Shown one piece after another: positions 28,241 to 37,886 of a stretch of 64,000 nt of DNA. Made by a program: the position numbers and the translations under genes. This stretch comes from an uncultured Pseudomonadales bacterium (GTDB lineage: Bacteria > Patescibacteriota > Microgenomatia > UBA1400 > CG1-02-47-37). The notes under the pieces are model-generated. The model did no database searches, was not told the origin of the DNA, and saw only the letters and a list, made by a program, of their open reading frames with translations. Position 1 is the stretch's first letter. Each line of letters begins with the position of its first letter. The stretch is taken from assembly GCA_964630755.1 (NCBI GenBank), contig CAZVYS010000001.1, positions 25,893-89,892 of the forward strand. The letters run 5' to 3'.

Positions 28241-29314
28241 CAATTTGCCGGCTTTAAGAATTGGCTTGTGATTTACTAAGACGACCGAGCTGCTGGATTT
28301 CATTGATTTGACTAAGTCCCAATGAATAGCGGACTGATTGATGCCACCACCTTGTTTTTCAGGAAAAGCGCTTCCTAAGGCCATATGAATAGTGCCACTA
28401 ATTTTTTCATCAAATAAGGTATTTAACATCGGTTTTGTGATACCTGGATTGGCGCCAATGGCAAATTCGCCTAAACGTTTGGCGCCAGGATCGGTTTTTA
28501 GGGCGGCATGAAGATATTTTTCCCCAATTTCTGAAGAGGCTTTAACTACTTTTCCTTTTTTAAAAGTAAGACTAACTCCCTTAACCACATGGCCAGATCT
28601 TAAAGAAGGTATGTCAAAGAAAACTTGACCTTCGGCGCTCTGATCATTTGGAGCCCCAAAGACTTCGCCATCTGGCATGTTGTGAGTACCTGAACAGGCT
28701 TCAAAATACCTGTTAGTAAAACTTAGCTTGAGTTGTGTTTTGAATCCTAAAACCTCAACTATTTTGGCATTGTCTAGAGTTTTTTTGAGATTAGTCAGCT
28801 TTTGGCTAATTTTTTTCCAATCTTGCAAACAGGCTTTAAAGTATAAATCCTCTAATTCAGTTAAAGACATGTTGGCAGTTTGAGCCATAGATAAACTGGG
28901 AAATTCGGTTAAAACCCAAGGTTTTTTTAGAATTATCTTTCTAAGAGGTGGGTTAACCACTTTTGAGCGAGTCATTAATCTTTGAGGATCAATATTAGCT
29001 AAAGTGCGATTGTTTTTGGTTGAGTATAAACGAATAATTTTATCAGCCCATTTATAAAGAAAAATGGCAATTTCTGGTTTGTTAGTTAATTGAGAAAGAT
29101 TTGCGTTTTTGAAAAAGAAAAAATCAAGGTCTTGATTGTCATATATTATGTGAGGATAAGCACCTTTGGTTAAAGATAGTTTGTAGACTTCCTTGACTAA
29201 AGGCCATGAAGCCTGATTGGCGTTAATTAAAACTTTATCGCTTTTTTTTACTTTAACAGAATAGTCAACTAGTATTTTTGCTAACTTTTTAACTTTTGGA
29301 TCAGTCATAGTCAT
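28232..29314 (-). CDS. Aminopeptidase (M29/AmpS family)
   Basis: NMPDGEVF, LGEFAIG, LFDEK, HMALG, SAIHWD. Confidence 0.9.
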   Translation of the reverse strand: MTMTDPKVKKLAKILVDYSVKVKKSDKVLINANQASWPLVKEVYKLSLTKGAYPHIIYDNQDLDFFFFKNANLSQLTNKPEIAIFLYKWADKIIRLYSTKNNRTLANIDPQRLMTRSKVVNPPLRKIILKKPWVLTEFPSLSMAQTANMSLTELEDLYFKACLQDWKKISQKLTNLKKTLDNAKIVEVLGFKTQLKLSFTNRYFEACSGTHNMPDGEVFGAPNDQSAEGQVFFDIPSLRSGHVVKGVSLTFKKGKVVKASSEIGEKYLHAALKTDPGAKRLGEFAIGANPGITKPMLNTLFDEKISGTIHMALGSAFPEKQGGGINQSAIHWDLVKSMKSSSSVVLVNHKPILKAGKLLV

Positions 29315-29903
29315 GTATTTTAAAGTAATTGACTAGTTTTTTAAAGGCTCTGGCTCGATGGCTAACTTGATTTTTCTTAGAATCTGGTATTTCAGCAAAG
29401 GTTTTATTTAGATCTTTTGATAGAAAAATTGAGTCATAGCCAAAACCATGATTGCCTTTTTCATGTAAAGAGATGTAGCCACGAGAAATACCAGTAAAGG
29501 TTTTGATCTTGTTACTAGATGGATCAAATAAAGCTAAGGTGCATTTAAATTGAGCGGTTCGTTGAGGCTTTGGAACTACTTTAAGTAATTGAAGTATATG
29601 GTTTCTTGCTTGTTGATGACCATGCTTTGCGAATCGATGAGAATGAACTCCAGGTTGACCATTAAGATGGTCTACCATTAAGCCAGAATCATCAGCTAGA
29701 GTTAGAGATTTTGCAATTTGTCCAAAGCCAACTGCTTTTAAAACAGCATTTTGTTTAAATGATTTACCGGTTTCTTTAATGTTGAAGGTTTTTGGGATTG
29801 ATGAAATCTGATCAAGATTGACAATCTTGAAGTTAAGGTTGCTCAGTAGAGACTTGAATTCTTTTAATTTATGCTGATTCCTAGTGGCAATAAGTAGTTT
29901 CAT
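29301..29903 (-). CDS. rdgB: Non-canonical purine NTP pyrophosphatase (RdgB/HAM1)
   Basis: ATRNQHK, ADDSGL, GFGYD, KNQVSHR. Confidence 0.93.
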   Translation of the reverse strand: MKLLIATRNQHKLKEFKSLLSNLNFKIVNLDQISSIPKTFNIKETGKSFKQNAVLKAVGFGQIAKSLTLADDSGLMVDHLNGQPGVHSHRFAKHGHQQARNHILQLLKVVPKPQRTAQFKCTLALFDPSSNKIKTFTGISRGYISLHEKGNHGFGYDSIFLSKDLNKTFAEIPDSKKNQVSHRARAFKKLVNYFKIHDYD

Positions 29904-29964
29904 TAAACATAAGCTAACTCAAAAAGGTTGGAAACACAAGGTAAGATTAAGTTATAATAAATCT

Positions 29965-30543
29965 ATGCTCGAAACTGATGGAAAATGGAAAATAGTGGCA
30001 ATGTTAAAAATGGCTTCTTTGGGGCTGGTGGTAGTGGTGGCAATATTAGTTTTTTTTACTTTTAGAAAAAATGCTCAAATTAATCAAGCTCAACCAAAAA
30101 CTGGCTTTGCTAGTTTAATTACTGATGGAGCTGACGGAGCTATTTTAACCATTCCTTATCAACAAACCTTGTATAAGCATTTTGGAAATGCAATAAATCC
30201 TCAGGTTAATTTACCGGTTAAAACAATTACCGGTTATAAAGAGTTTGAGTTTTTAATTGATTCTGGAGCAGTAGTGTCGGCACTGCCTAATACTTTGGCT
30301 GAAGATTTGGGAGTAGATCTAACAGATCTACCAAGAATTACGATTGAAGGATTTGCTGGACAAAAAACATTTGCTTATAAAGGAGAGTTTGTAGTTAAGA
30401 TTGGTGATGAAGAATCGATTATTCCGGTAGTTTTTTCAGAAAACTCTCAGGCTAATAATATCTTGGGAAGAATTGGGTTTTTTGATCAATTTAATATTGA
30501 GTTTAATGCTGAGTCTCAACAAATAACAATTAGTCATAAGTAA
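29965..30543 (+). CDS. Membrane-anchored retropepsin-like aspartic protease
   Basis: FLIDSGA and ILGR motifs; N-terminal TM. Confidence 0.75.
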   Translation: MLETDGKWKIVAMLKMASLGLVVVVAILVFFTFRKNAQINQAQPKTGFASLITDGADGAILTIPYQQTLYKHFGNAINPQVNLPVKTITGYKEFEFLIDSGAVVSALPNTLAEDLGVDLTDLPRITIEGFAGQKTFAYKGEFVVKIGDEESIIPVVFSENSQANNILGRIGFFDQFNIEFNAESQQITISHK

Positions 30544-30544
30544 T

Positions 30545-31363
30545 ATGAGAAAAAGAAAAAAAATTCTTCACTGGTTTTATAAGCTTTCCTGGAAAAAACT
30601 AATGGGCGTTTCGATGCTAGCATTAACAGCTGCAGTCCTACCAACTGCCTTAAATGTAGCTTTAAATCCAACTCGAACTAGATCTGAGGCAGCTTTGTTG
30701 CCTCAAACTCAACCAATATCGACGGAGTTTGAAGTGCCAACTGGACCACCTGCTATCTATTTAGTGGATCATTTCTTTGGAAAACCTGGTGATGCTGTCT
30801 TAGTTCACGGAGAAAATTTAGGTGGCTTGCATGAAAACTCATGGGTTAGTTTAGCAGGAGAAAAAATAGCGATAGATAATTTGGTTAGCTGGACGGGGAG
30901 TTATATTGAATTTAAGGTGCCTGATACGGCTAAGTCTGGAAGGGTTGAAGTAAGTATTCTGGGTAAACAAGCAAACTGGAGTGGGATGTTTTTTGTAACA
31001 GATGTAAAAACCAAAGCAGAATTAAGATTAGCAGATGGTTATTTGAAGGCAAGCGAAATTCAGGGAGGAAAAAATTTATTAGTATGGTTTTTGATAATTA
31101 GAGGTGAGGGCGAAGTGACAATTACACCAGTTAATAAAGTTAAGGCTACTACTAAAGAAATTGATTTGCCAATTGGGAAAGTTTACCAAGTGAATATTGA
31201 CTTAAATAGTGAATTAACTAACGCTTCTAAAGACAGTTTGGTTAATTTGGTAAAAGTAGATAAAAGTGAGGATGTGTTAGTCGGAATTGCTCGAGGTGAA
31301 CTAGAAAATGGCAAAGGCGAACTAGTCCCCTTGCAGGCTCATCCTTTATACGTTAGCTTTTGA
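30545..31363 (+). CDS. Membrane-anchored IPT/TIG domain protein
   Basis: G.PGD.V.V.G.N and SWT.SYIEFKVP..A.SG.V patterns; TRSEAA after TM. Confidence 0.6.
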   Translation: MRKRKKILHWFYKLSWKKLMGVSMLALTAAVLPTALNVALNPTRTRSEAALLPQTQPISTEFEVPTGPPAIYLVDHFFGKPGDAVLVHGENLGGLHENSWVSLAGEKIAIDNLVSWTGSYIEFKVPDTAKSGRVEVSILGKQANWSGMFFVTDVKTKAELRLADGYLKASEIQGGKNLLVWFLIIRGEGEVTITPVNKVKATTKEIDLPIGKVYQVNIDLNSELTNASKDSLVNLVKVDKSEDVLVGIARGELENGKGELVPLQAHPLYVSF

Positions 31364-31369
31364 AGCTAG

Positions 31370-31849
31370 ATGCTAAAAATAAAGCCAGAAAAACAAAACA
31401 CTTCTTATAGTTGTGGGCCGGTATCTTTGAAAATGATTCTTAACTATTATGGAGTTAATCGATCAGAAAAAAGCTTAATAAAACTAGCTAGCGCTAGAAA
31501 AGGATATGGATGTGATCCTGATGATTTAGTGCAAGCGGCTGAAAAACTTGGCTTTAAGGCAATATATAAACAAAACAGTTCAATCAAAGAAATAAAACAC
31601 TATTTAAGTAAAAAAATACCAGTAATCGTAGACTGGTTTTCACCAACTGCCTTGGGTCATTATTCTGTGGTTGTTGGTCTTGATAGGAAAAATTTAATTT
31701 ATGCTGACCCTCAATTTGGAAGAATTAAGAAAATGAAAGTTGATCAATTTGAAAATAGATGGTTTGAACTAGACGATTATCCGCCAAAAAATCAAGCCAA
31801 ATTTGCTTTGAGGGAAATAGTAGTGGTATTTCCGAAGTTAGAAAATTAA
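31370..31849 (+). CDS. Stand-alone C39-like cysteine peptidase
   Basis: Q..YSCGP, GHYSVVVG, ADP. Confidence 0.8.
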   Translation: MLKIKPEKQNTSYSCGPVSLKMILNYYGVNRSEKSLIKLASARKGYGCDPDDLVQAAEKLGFKAIYKQNSSIKEIKHYLSKKIPVIVDWFSPTALGHYSVVVGLDRKNLIYADPQFGRIKKMKVDQFENRWFELDDYPPKNQAKFALREIVVVFPKLEN

Positions 31850-32575
31850 AACAACTAGGCCTAAGATAAGGCAGTAAAACCCAAAGTAATGAAGCTTACC
31901 TTTAATAACAAAACGCTTGAGCATCTTTAAGGCAATTAGGCCAGAGATAAAGGCAGTGGTAAAGCCAGTTAGTAAGATTGGAAATTGTGATGAAGGGAAA
32001 TTGCTAATTTTATTTAACTGCAGTATTTGGGCGCCAAAAATGGCTGGCAAACTAAGCAAAAAAGAGAAATTAAAGGCTTTTGCTGGCGAAAGACCTAGAT
32101 GCATACCAGTAATAATGGTGCTACCAGATCTTGAGATGCCGGGGATAATGGCTAGGGCTTGAGAAAAACCGATTAAAAAAGAGTTTTTATAATTTAACTT
32201 TATTTTTGGGGCTTTTCTTATTAATTTGGTTGAAAAAAGGAAAGCACTTGTGACAAGTAGAGCAAAACCGACTATTCTGAGAGAGCTAAATAATTGTTCC
32301 ATCTTGGAGTTTAGTAATAATCCAAACACAGCAGCTGGAAGACTAGCTAAAATGATTAGCTTTATCTTTTTTATAGTGATCTTAGTTAAACTTTCAAAGA
32401 CAACAATGATGACTGCCAAAGAAGTACCAAGATGCACTAAGACATCAAAAAAGATAGGGGCTTTTGACAATTGGAATAAGTGTTGAGCAATAACTAAATG
32501 GCCTGAACTAGAAATCGGCAAAAACTCGGTTAAGCCTTGAATCAGGCCTAATAAAAAACTTTGATAAAAAGTCAT
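31838..32575 (-). CDS. uppP: Undecaprenyl-diphosphate phosphatase
   Basis: QGLTEFLPISSSGH, PGISRSGST. Confidence 0.95.
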   Translation of the reverse strand: MTFYQSFLLGLIQGLTEFLPISSSGHLVIAQHLFQLSKAPIFFDVLVHLGTSLAVIIVVFESLTKITIKKIKLIILASLPAAVFGLLLNSKMEQLFSSLRIVGFALLVTSAFLFSTKLIRKAPKIKLNYKNSFLIGFSQALAIIPGISRSGSTIITGMHLGLSPAKAFNFSFLLSLPAIFGAQILQLNKISNFPSSQFPILLTGFTTAFISGLIALKMLKRFVIKGKLHYFGFYCLILGLVVLIF

Positions 32576-32579
32576 TTAG

Positions 32580-33284
32580 TTATTTTGCCTTTTGTTGTTT
32601 TTGATACCAATCCATTAATAGTTTTGAAACTAGATCTTTAGCGCCTAAGCCAATGCTTAGACCAATGCCAAGAGTTAAAGTAGCGATTACTCCAATAAAT
32701 AAAGTATTAATTAGACTTTGAGCAATACCAAGTTCGTTAATAGCGGCAAGGCTGGTAACGATAACTACTAAATAACTAGCAATTTTGCTTAATAGCCGAC
32801 TGGTTCTTTTATCAACTTGATTAACAGTGCCTTTAACTAAGTTTTCAACTAAACCGGCTAATAATACTCCAACAGATAAGACCAATACAGCTGAAATTAT
32901 GTTGGGTAAATATCCTAGCAGCGAACTTAAAACACCAGAAACGGTAGTTAAGCCTAAAACGTTAGCCGCTGCCATAAAGAAAACTATGATTACTAACCAA
33001 CGGACTATTTGACCGATAAATTCTTCAGCTTTAACTCGGACTTCAGCTTTTTTGAGATATGAATCTAAACCACCTTTTCTTAGTAACTTATCTAACTTAA
33101 TAGCGCTTAAGATTTTAACAATTAAAGCTTTGCTCCATTTTGCTAAAACTAGTCCAAAAAAGAAAATAACAAGAGCTCCTAAGAAACTGGGAAGAAAACC
33201 AAAAAAACCGCTGAGGACATTAGCGCCAGCAATTAAAACGGCTTCTTGCCAGTTCGAAACGGCTCCAAATGAATATGAGGGCAT
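32580..33284 (-). CDS. CmpX-like / small mechanosensitive channel-associated TM protein
   Basis: Two conserved TM-helix repeats (FLPSFLGA, YLPNIISA), IGLG tail; SD GGAGGTG. Confidence 0.7.
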   Translation of the reverse strand: MPSYSFGAVSNWQEAVLIAGANVLSGFFGFLPSFLGALVIFFFGLVLAKWSKALIVKILSAIKLDKLLRKGGLDSYLKKAEVRVKAEEFIGQIVRWLVIIVFFMAAANVLGLTTVSGVLSSLLGYLPNIISAVLVLSVGVLLAGLVENLVKGTVNQVDKRTSRLLSKIASYLVVIVTSLAAINELGIAQSLINTLFIGVIATLTLGIGLSIGLGAKDLVSKLLMDWYQKQQKAK

Positions 33285-33358
33285 ATTATTTCACCTCCCT
33301 TCTATTAGTTTTATTATGTAAAGAGGAGGCCAAGAAGTCAAATGAAGTTGATTTTTCT

Positions 33359-33367
33359 TGGTATAAT
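33359..33367 (+). promoter_or_regulatory. Extended -10 promoter of rnpB
   Basis: TG-G-TATAAT 6 nt before the P1 helix. Confidence 0.6.
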
Positions 33368-33373
33368 ATAAGG

Positions 33374-33758
33374 GCTAGGAAGTGTGGTGATGCTCCGATG
33401 TAACTTCGGAGAGGAAAGTCCAGACTGCAGAAAGCAGAGTGTCCCGATATAACGTCGGGAGGAAGGAGCCGCGCTTTAGGGTTCTTTGACAGTGAAGCCA
33501 CAGAGACGAGATCTCCGATGACCTAATCGGTAACGGAGATGTGAAACGTTTAATATCACAGTTGGTATTGAAATCACTCCGATGTTACATCGGAGGGTGG
33601 TAATTCTCCTTGCAGCAACTTCCGAATGATCCCTCACTAGGTGCTTTCACGAGCCTGCCAACAGGCAGACAGGGATCAAAGTTTGAAGGCCTAGATAGAT
33701 GTCACCTCAATCCTGATTAAATCAGGACGAGACAAAATCTGGCTTACAGCTTCCTAGC
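33374..33758 (+). ncRNA. rnpB: RNase P RNA
   Basis: GAGGAAAGTCCAGA and ACAAAATCTGGCTTA pair as P4 with covariation; P1 GCTAGGAAG/CTTCCTAGC; GCCACAGAGACGA and GTGAAAC conserved regions. Confidence 0.9.
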
Positions 33759-34760
33759 AAACAAAAGCACTCTTTTTAGAGTGTTTTTGTTTATTATTAT
33801 GGAAATCAACAACAAGGCAGCAAAACTAATAAACACTGGCGTTAACGGCACCTCTGATAAATCAAAGTTGGCTAGATGAACTAAAACTGGATGAGATAAG
33901 TAAATTAAATATGAATGTTTTCCAAACCAGGAAATAATCTTATTATTTAAAGATTTTATTTGTGAATTCAGGAAAAATGAAATAAAACCAAACGAGTATA
34001 ATAACTGAGGTATTTTGGCAAATCGAATAGCTAGAACAATGTTTTTTGAAAATTGCAAATACTGATGAGTGTCAATAATTGAAAGAATTAAACCGATAAT
34101 TAGTAGTAGTAAGCTGATTTTTTTTGAGATAAAAGACTTTACTCTGGCAAGATAAATTCCAAGAATAAAATAAAAGATCCAGGTTAGAAAAATTGTGTTT
34201 TGGATTTGATCTGAAGGTGGATTTTGAGAAAAAGAAAAATAACTATATAAGCCAAGTTGAGCAATTAAACTGGCCATTAAAGTTAATTTTAACTTAGATA
34301 GTGATAGTTTATGGATAAAAGGAAAGAGTAAATATAACTGCAAGATAACAGAGACAAAATAGAGATGATAATCAGCCCAACCTAATAGCAATATTTTCCA
34401 AACAGGACCTGTTTCAAGAACTTTCCACCAAGGGTCAATATATTCTGATAAAAAAAGGTAATAAGCTGACCAAATTAAGTATAAGGGCAATATTTTAGTA
34501 AGACGGGATTGGTAGAACTTTAATAGTTTAATTTTTTGGTTTAAATATTTTAAACTTAATCCGAAGCCTGAAAGAAAAATAAAGATTGGAACACAGAAAC
34601 GTAAAGCTTGATTAACTGAAATAAAAAGTAAATTGGTCGGATAGGTAAAAACAGCTTGAGGGGGTACAAAGGTAAGTAAATGAAGGCCAATAACAGCCAA
34701 GATGGCTAAGCCTTTTAACTGAAGTGAAATATCCTTATCTTTATTGAGAATAGTTGACAT
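33744..34760 (-). CDS. Acyltransferase 3 family membrane protein
   Basis: LKGLAILAVIGLH, VPIFIFLSG, HLYF, SYLIYLSH. Confidence 0.85.
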   Translation of the reverse strand: MSTILNKDKDISLQLKGLAILAVIGLHLLTFVPPQAVFTYPTNLLFISVNQALRFCVPIFIFLSGFGLSLKYLNQKIKLLKFYQSRLTKILPLYLIWSAYYLFLSEYIDPWWKVLETGPVWKILLLGWADYHLYFVSVILQLYLLFPFIHKLSLSKLKLTLMASLIAQLGLYSYFSFSQNPPSDQIQNTIFLTWIFYFILGIYLARVKSFISKKISLLLLIIGLILSIIDTHQYLQFSKNIVLAIRFAKIPQLLYSFGFISFFLNSQIKSLNNKIISWFGKHSYLIYLSHPVLVHLANFDLSEVPLTPVFISFAALLLISIIINKNTLKRVLLFARKL

Positions 34761-35737
34761 TACTTTTTATAATGCCGATGATATAAATCGTTAATAATTA
34801 TCTCGATAAACAAAACAGAAGGGACAGATAGGATAGCGCCAGGAATACCAGCTGTCTTGAAACCAATTAATAAGGAAATAATAATTACTAATGGGCTTAA
34901 ACCAACGGCCTTGGACATAATTTTAGGAACAATAAAATTATTCTCGAGTTGTTGAATAAGAAAATATAAAGCAAAAACAGCTAAGGCCAAAACCGGAGAA
35001 GTGCCTAAGGCCACTAATACAGCTGGAATCATTGAGACAGTCGGGCCAATATTAGGAATAATTTCAAGCATGCCAGCAAGAAAAGCTAAAGGAACGGCAA
35101 ACTCAACTCCTAAAAAGGTTAAGCCAAGGTATGACATCATGCCAACTATTAGCATTAAAGCTAGTTGGCCTCGCATCCAAGAACCTAGTTTGCTCTCAAG
35201 TTTTTCGATTAAATCTTCTGCGTGTTTTTCTGTTCCATTGTTTCCGAGCATAAAAACAAGATATTTATGAAGATTTTTTCTTTCCATAATTAAGTAAAAA
35301 ACTATAACCATAAAAGTAAAAAGGCCAGCCACATTAGCAAAGGTGCTAACAGCAATTTTTAAAATCTGTTCTGGAAGGGCATTAAGGTGAGAATTAAAGA
35401 TAGAGACGTCGAAACGACCCTGGCTTAGATTGGCAATATCTTGAGGTAAGCGGGTGATAAACTTGGTTGTTTGTTCGACTAATGGAGGAACAAGAGAAGC
35501 AATGCCGTAACTAATACCAGTCCAAATAAGTATATAAATAAGTAAAATACTTAACCCTCTTGGAACTTTAAGCTTTTCTAGCTTATCAACAATCGGGCTT
35601 AAGGCAGACATAAAAATAATCGCAATAAATATTAGCAACAATATGTTTCTGATTTGAAATAAAAACCACAAAAATATTAAAAAGAAGGCAGTAAAAATAA
35701 TGGTTTTGTGAGAGATTTCGATTTTGGCTGGCTTCAT
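34760..35737 (-). CDS. AI-2E family transporter
   Basis: WMRGQL, IPNIGP, QQLENN..VP.IM. Confidence 0.88.
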   Translation of the reverse strand: MKPAKIEISHKTIIFTAFFLIFLWFLFQIRNILLLIFIAIIFMSALSPIVDKLEKLKVPRGLSILLIYILIWTGISYGIASLVPPLVEQTTKFITRLPQDIANLSQGRFDVSIFNSHLNALPEQILKIAVSTFANVAGLFTFMVIVFYLIMERKNLHKYLVFMLGNNGTEKHAEDLIEKLESKLGSWMRGQLALMLIVGMMSYLGLTFLGVEFAVPLAFLAGMLEIIPNIGPTVSMIPAVLVALGTSPVLALAVFALYFLIQQLENNFIVPKIMSKAVGLSPLVIIISLLIGFKTAGIPGAILSVPSVLFIEIIINDLYHRHYKK

Positions 35738-35740
35738 ATA

Positions 35741-36688
35741 CTATTTAGTATACCAAGACTTTAGTTGAGTGACTACTATTTGAGGATAGTTATGACTATT
35801 GATATTAAACCATTTAATGTAGGGTTTTTTATGAAACCAAGTTATTTGGCGACGAAGATATTGTTTTTCAGCTGTTGTCCAGGATTTAATAACTTTATCT
35901 ATGTTAATATTTTTCTTAAAATAAGGCTGCCATTGTTTATATCCCATGGCTGACATAGACGGTAAATTCCAAGAATAGCCAGCTTTGATTAGTGATTCAA
36001 CTTCTGCTTTGGAATTAGCGCTAATTCTATCAAGAACTCTTTTCTCAACTCTATTATCTAAGTTTTTTTTATTAGCAGTTAAACCAACCCAAAATTGATC
36101 AGATTCTGCAAGATTCAGTCTTTTTGTTTTCTTAACCTTCAAGGTCGGACCCTTAAGGTTAATTTCGATAGCCCGAATTAGTCGACGTGGATTATGTTGA
36201 TCAGAATGATTCATTTTTTGATATTTATCAAAATCTAGTTTTTTTAGTTTTTTTTGAAGACTGAGAACATTTAATTTACTTAACTGCTGGCGTAAAACTT
36301 GGTTAGCAGGAATGGCAATGGTGTTTAGTGGTTTTGTTAAAGCCTGAAGATACAAACCAGTACCGCCAACAAGAATAGGCAATTCTCTGGCAGTCCAAAT
36401 CTTTTTAATTCTAGGGATAGCAAAGTTTATAAAATGAGCGACAGAAAAATCCTGATTTGGTTTAACTAAATCGTAACCCCAGACTTTAATTTTTTTGATT
36501 AAATAATGTCCATCTTTATATTGTTTAGCTTTTTGAGGTAAATCTTTGCCTGTGCCAATATCCATTCCTTTATAAACTTGACGAGAATCAGCTGAGATAA
36601 TCTGACCTGAAAAGATCTTACTTAATTTTAAAGCCAAATTGGTTTTGCCAGTGGCAGTTGAACCACAAATAATTAGAAGTTTTTTCAT
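35741..36688 (-). CDS. miaA: tRNA dimethylallyltransferase
   Basis: GSTATGKT, ISADSRQVY, VGGTGLY, RQITW. Confidence 0.95.
   Translation of the reverse strand: MKKLLIICGSTATGKTNLALKLSKIFSGQIISADSRQVYKGMDIGTGKDLPQKAKQYKDGHYLIKKIKVWGYDLVKPNQDFSVAHFINFAIPRIKKIWTARELPILVGGTGLYLQALTKPLNTIAIPANQVLRQQLSKLNVLSLQKKLKKLDFDKYQKMNHSDQHNPRRLIRAIEINLKGPTLKVKKTKRLNLAESDQFWVGLTANKKNLDNRVEKRVLDRISANSKAEVESLIKAGYSWNLPSMSAMGYKQWQPYFKKNINIDKVIKSWTTAEKQYLRRQITWFHKKPYIKWFNINSHNYPQIVVTQLKSWYTK
36110..36162. repeat. Family-A palindrome in-frame in miaA (encodes NLKGPTLKVK) plus a degenerate neighbour
   Basis: TTAACCTTCAAGGT-CGG-ACCCTTAAGGTTAA (36132-36162); AAGAT-TCA-GTCTT (36110). Confidence 0.8.
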
Positions 36689-37827
36689 TTGATTACTTTT
36701 GGTCTTGCCCTAAGATATTTTTTATTAATTAATTTTTCTAAAATATCCCAACGGCGTTTTTTTTCTTTTGGCGGAACGTTATCAGGATAGTGCTTGCTGG
36801 CGAAAGTGTGAGGTCGAGGAGAATACTGAGCTACAAAAGCAACCTTAAAATCAACTTTTCGAGCAAGCTTAACAGTGTCCTGAAAATCTTTTTCAGTTTC
36901 GCCTGGAAAACCGACAATAATATCTGTGCCGATTTCTGCTTTTGGAATTTTTATTCTAATTTTATTAATTAGTGCAAGGTATTGTTTTCGAGTATAACCT
37001 CTGTTCATCTTTTTTAATATTTTGTTTGATCCTGATTGAACTGGTAGATAGATAAATCGATCAATTCGATTATTTCTGGCGATACAGTTGATTAATTGAT
37101 CAGAAAAATCCCAAGGGTTAGAGGTTAAAAATCTTAGTTTTTTAATTTGTTTAAACTCAAGAATTTTTTCTAATAGCTTGACAAAAGGCGGTTTAGCTTT
37201 AAAAGTTTTATATTGTGATTGATTGGTGGGTAATTTTATTTTATTGCCATCCATTAATATTTTTCTTAAACCAATGCCAAGTTTTTCTAATCCGTATGAA
37301 TTAACGTTTTGACCAACTAGAGTAATTTCAAAATAGCCTTTTTCTACTAAATTTTCCACTTCTTCTAAAATATCTCTCATGGGCCTTGATACTTCTCTCC
37401 CTCTTGAAAAAGGAACTATACAGTAGGTGCAAAATGAATTACAGCCATTACTGATCGGTATCCAGGCATGGTGCTTATCGCGCCTGATAGCTTCTTGATT
37501 AAAACCAACTTCGTCTATCGGTAAGATTTCGTCAACAAAAGGAAGCATTTTAAGTAGTTTTTCTTCACCATGATGAATCATGCAACCAGTTAAAATAATT
37601 TTAGGCTTTTGCTTGTTCTTTAAGTTCTCTTTTAAGTTGTAGAGAAAACCAACAGCTTTGTCTTCAGCTCTTTGCCTGACACTGCAGGTGTTAATTACAA
37701 TCTCGTCTGCCTTGGCAGCTGATTTTGCTTTCTTAAACCCCCTGCTCTGGTAATCACCAGCAATCCGCTCTGAGTCGGCTTTGTTCATTTGGCAGCCAAA
37801 AGTATGAATATAGTATTTTTTCGACAT
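36685..37827 (-). CDS. miaB: MiaB-type methylthiotransferase lacking the C-terminal TRAM domain
   Basis: TFGCQMN, NTCSVR, CNSFCTYC, PVQSG, IIVGFPGET; adjacent to miaA. Confidence 0.85.
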   Translation of the reverse strand: MSKKYYIHTFGCQMNKADSERIAGDYQSRGFKKAKSAAKADEIVINTCSVRQRAEDKAVGFLYNLKENLKNKQKPKIILTGCMIHHGEEKLLKMLPFVDEILPIDEVGFNQEAIRRDKHHAWIPISNGCNSFCTYCIVPFSRGREVSRPMRDILEEVENLVEKGYFEITLVGQNVNSYGLEKLGIGLRKILMDGNKIKLPTNQSQYKTFKAKPPFVKLLEKILEFKQIKKLRFLTSNPWDFSDQLINCIARNNRIDRFIYLPVQSGSNKILKKMNRGYTRKQYLALINKIRIKIPKAEIGTDIIVGFPGETEKDFQDTVKLARKVDFKVAFVAQYSPRPHTFASKHYPDNVPPKEKKRRWDILEKLINKKYLRARPKVIK

Positions 37828-37886
37828 GAGATATTTTAACAGATAAAATATCTATTCCTATCACACTCCCGGAATGTGATAGTTTA

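Noticed and set aside
33286-33501. 71-aa minus-strand ORF
   Set aside because: Antisense to RNase P RNA and its promoter; no protein features
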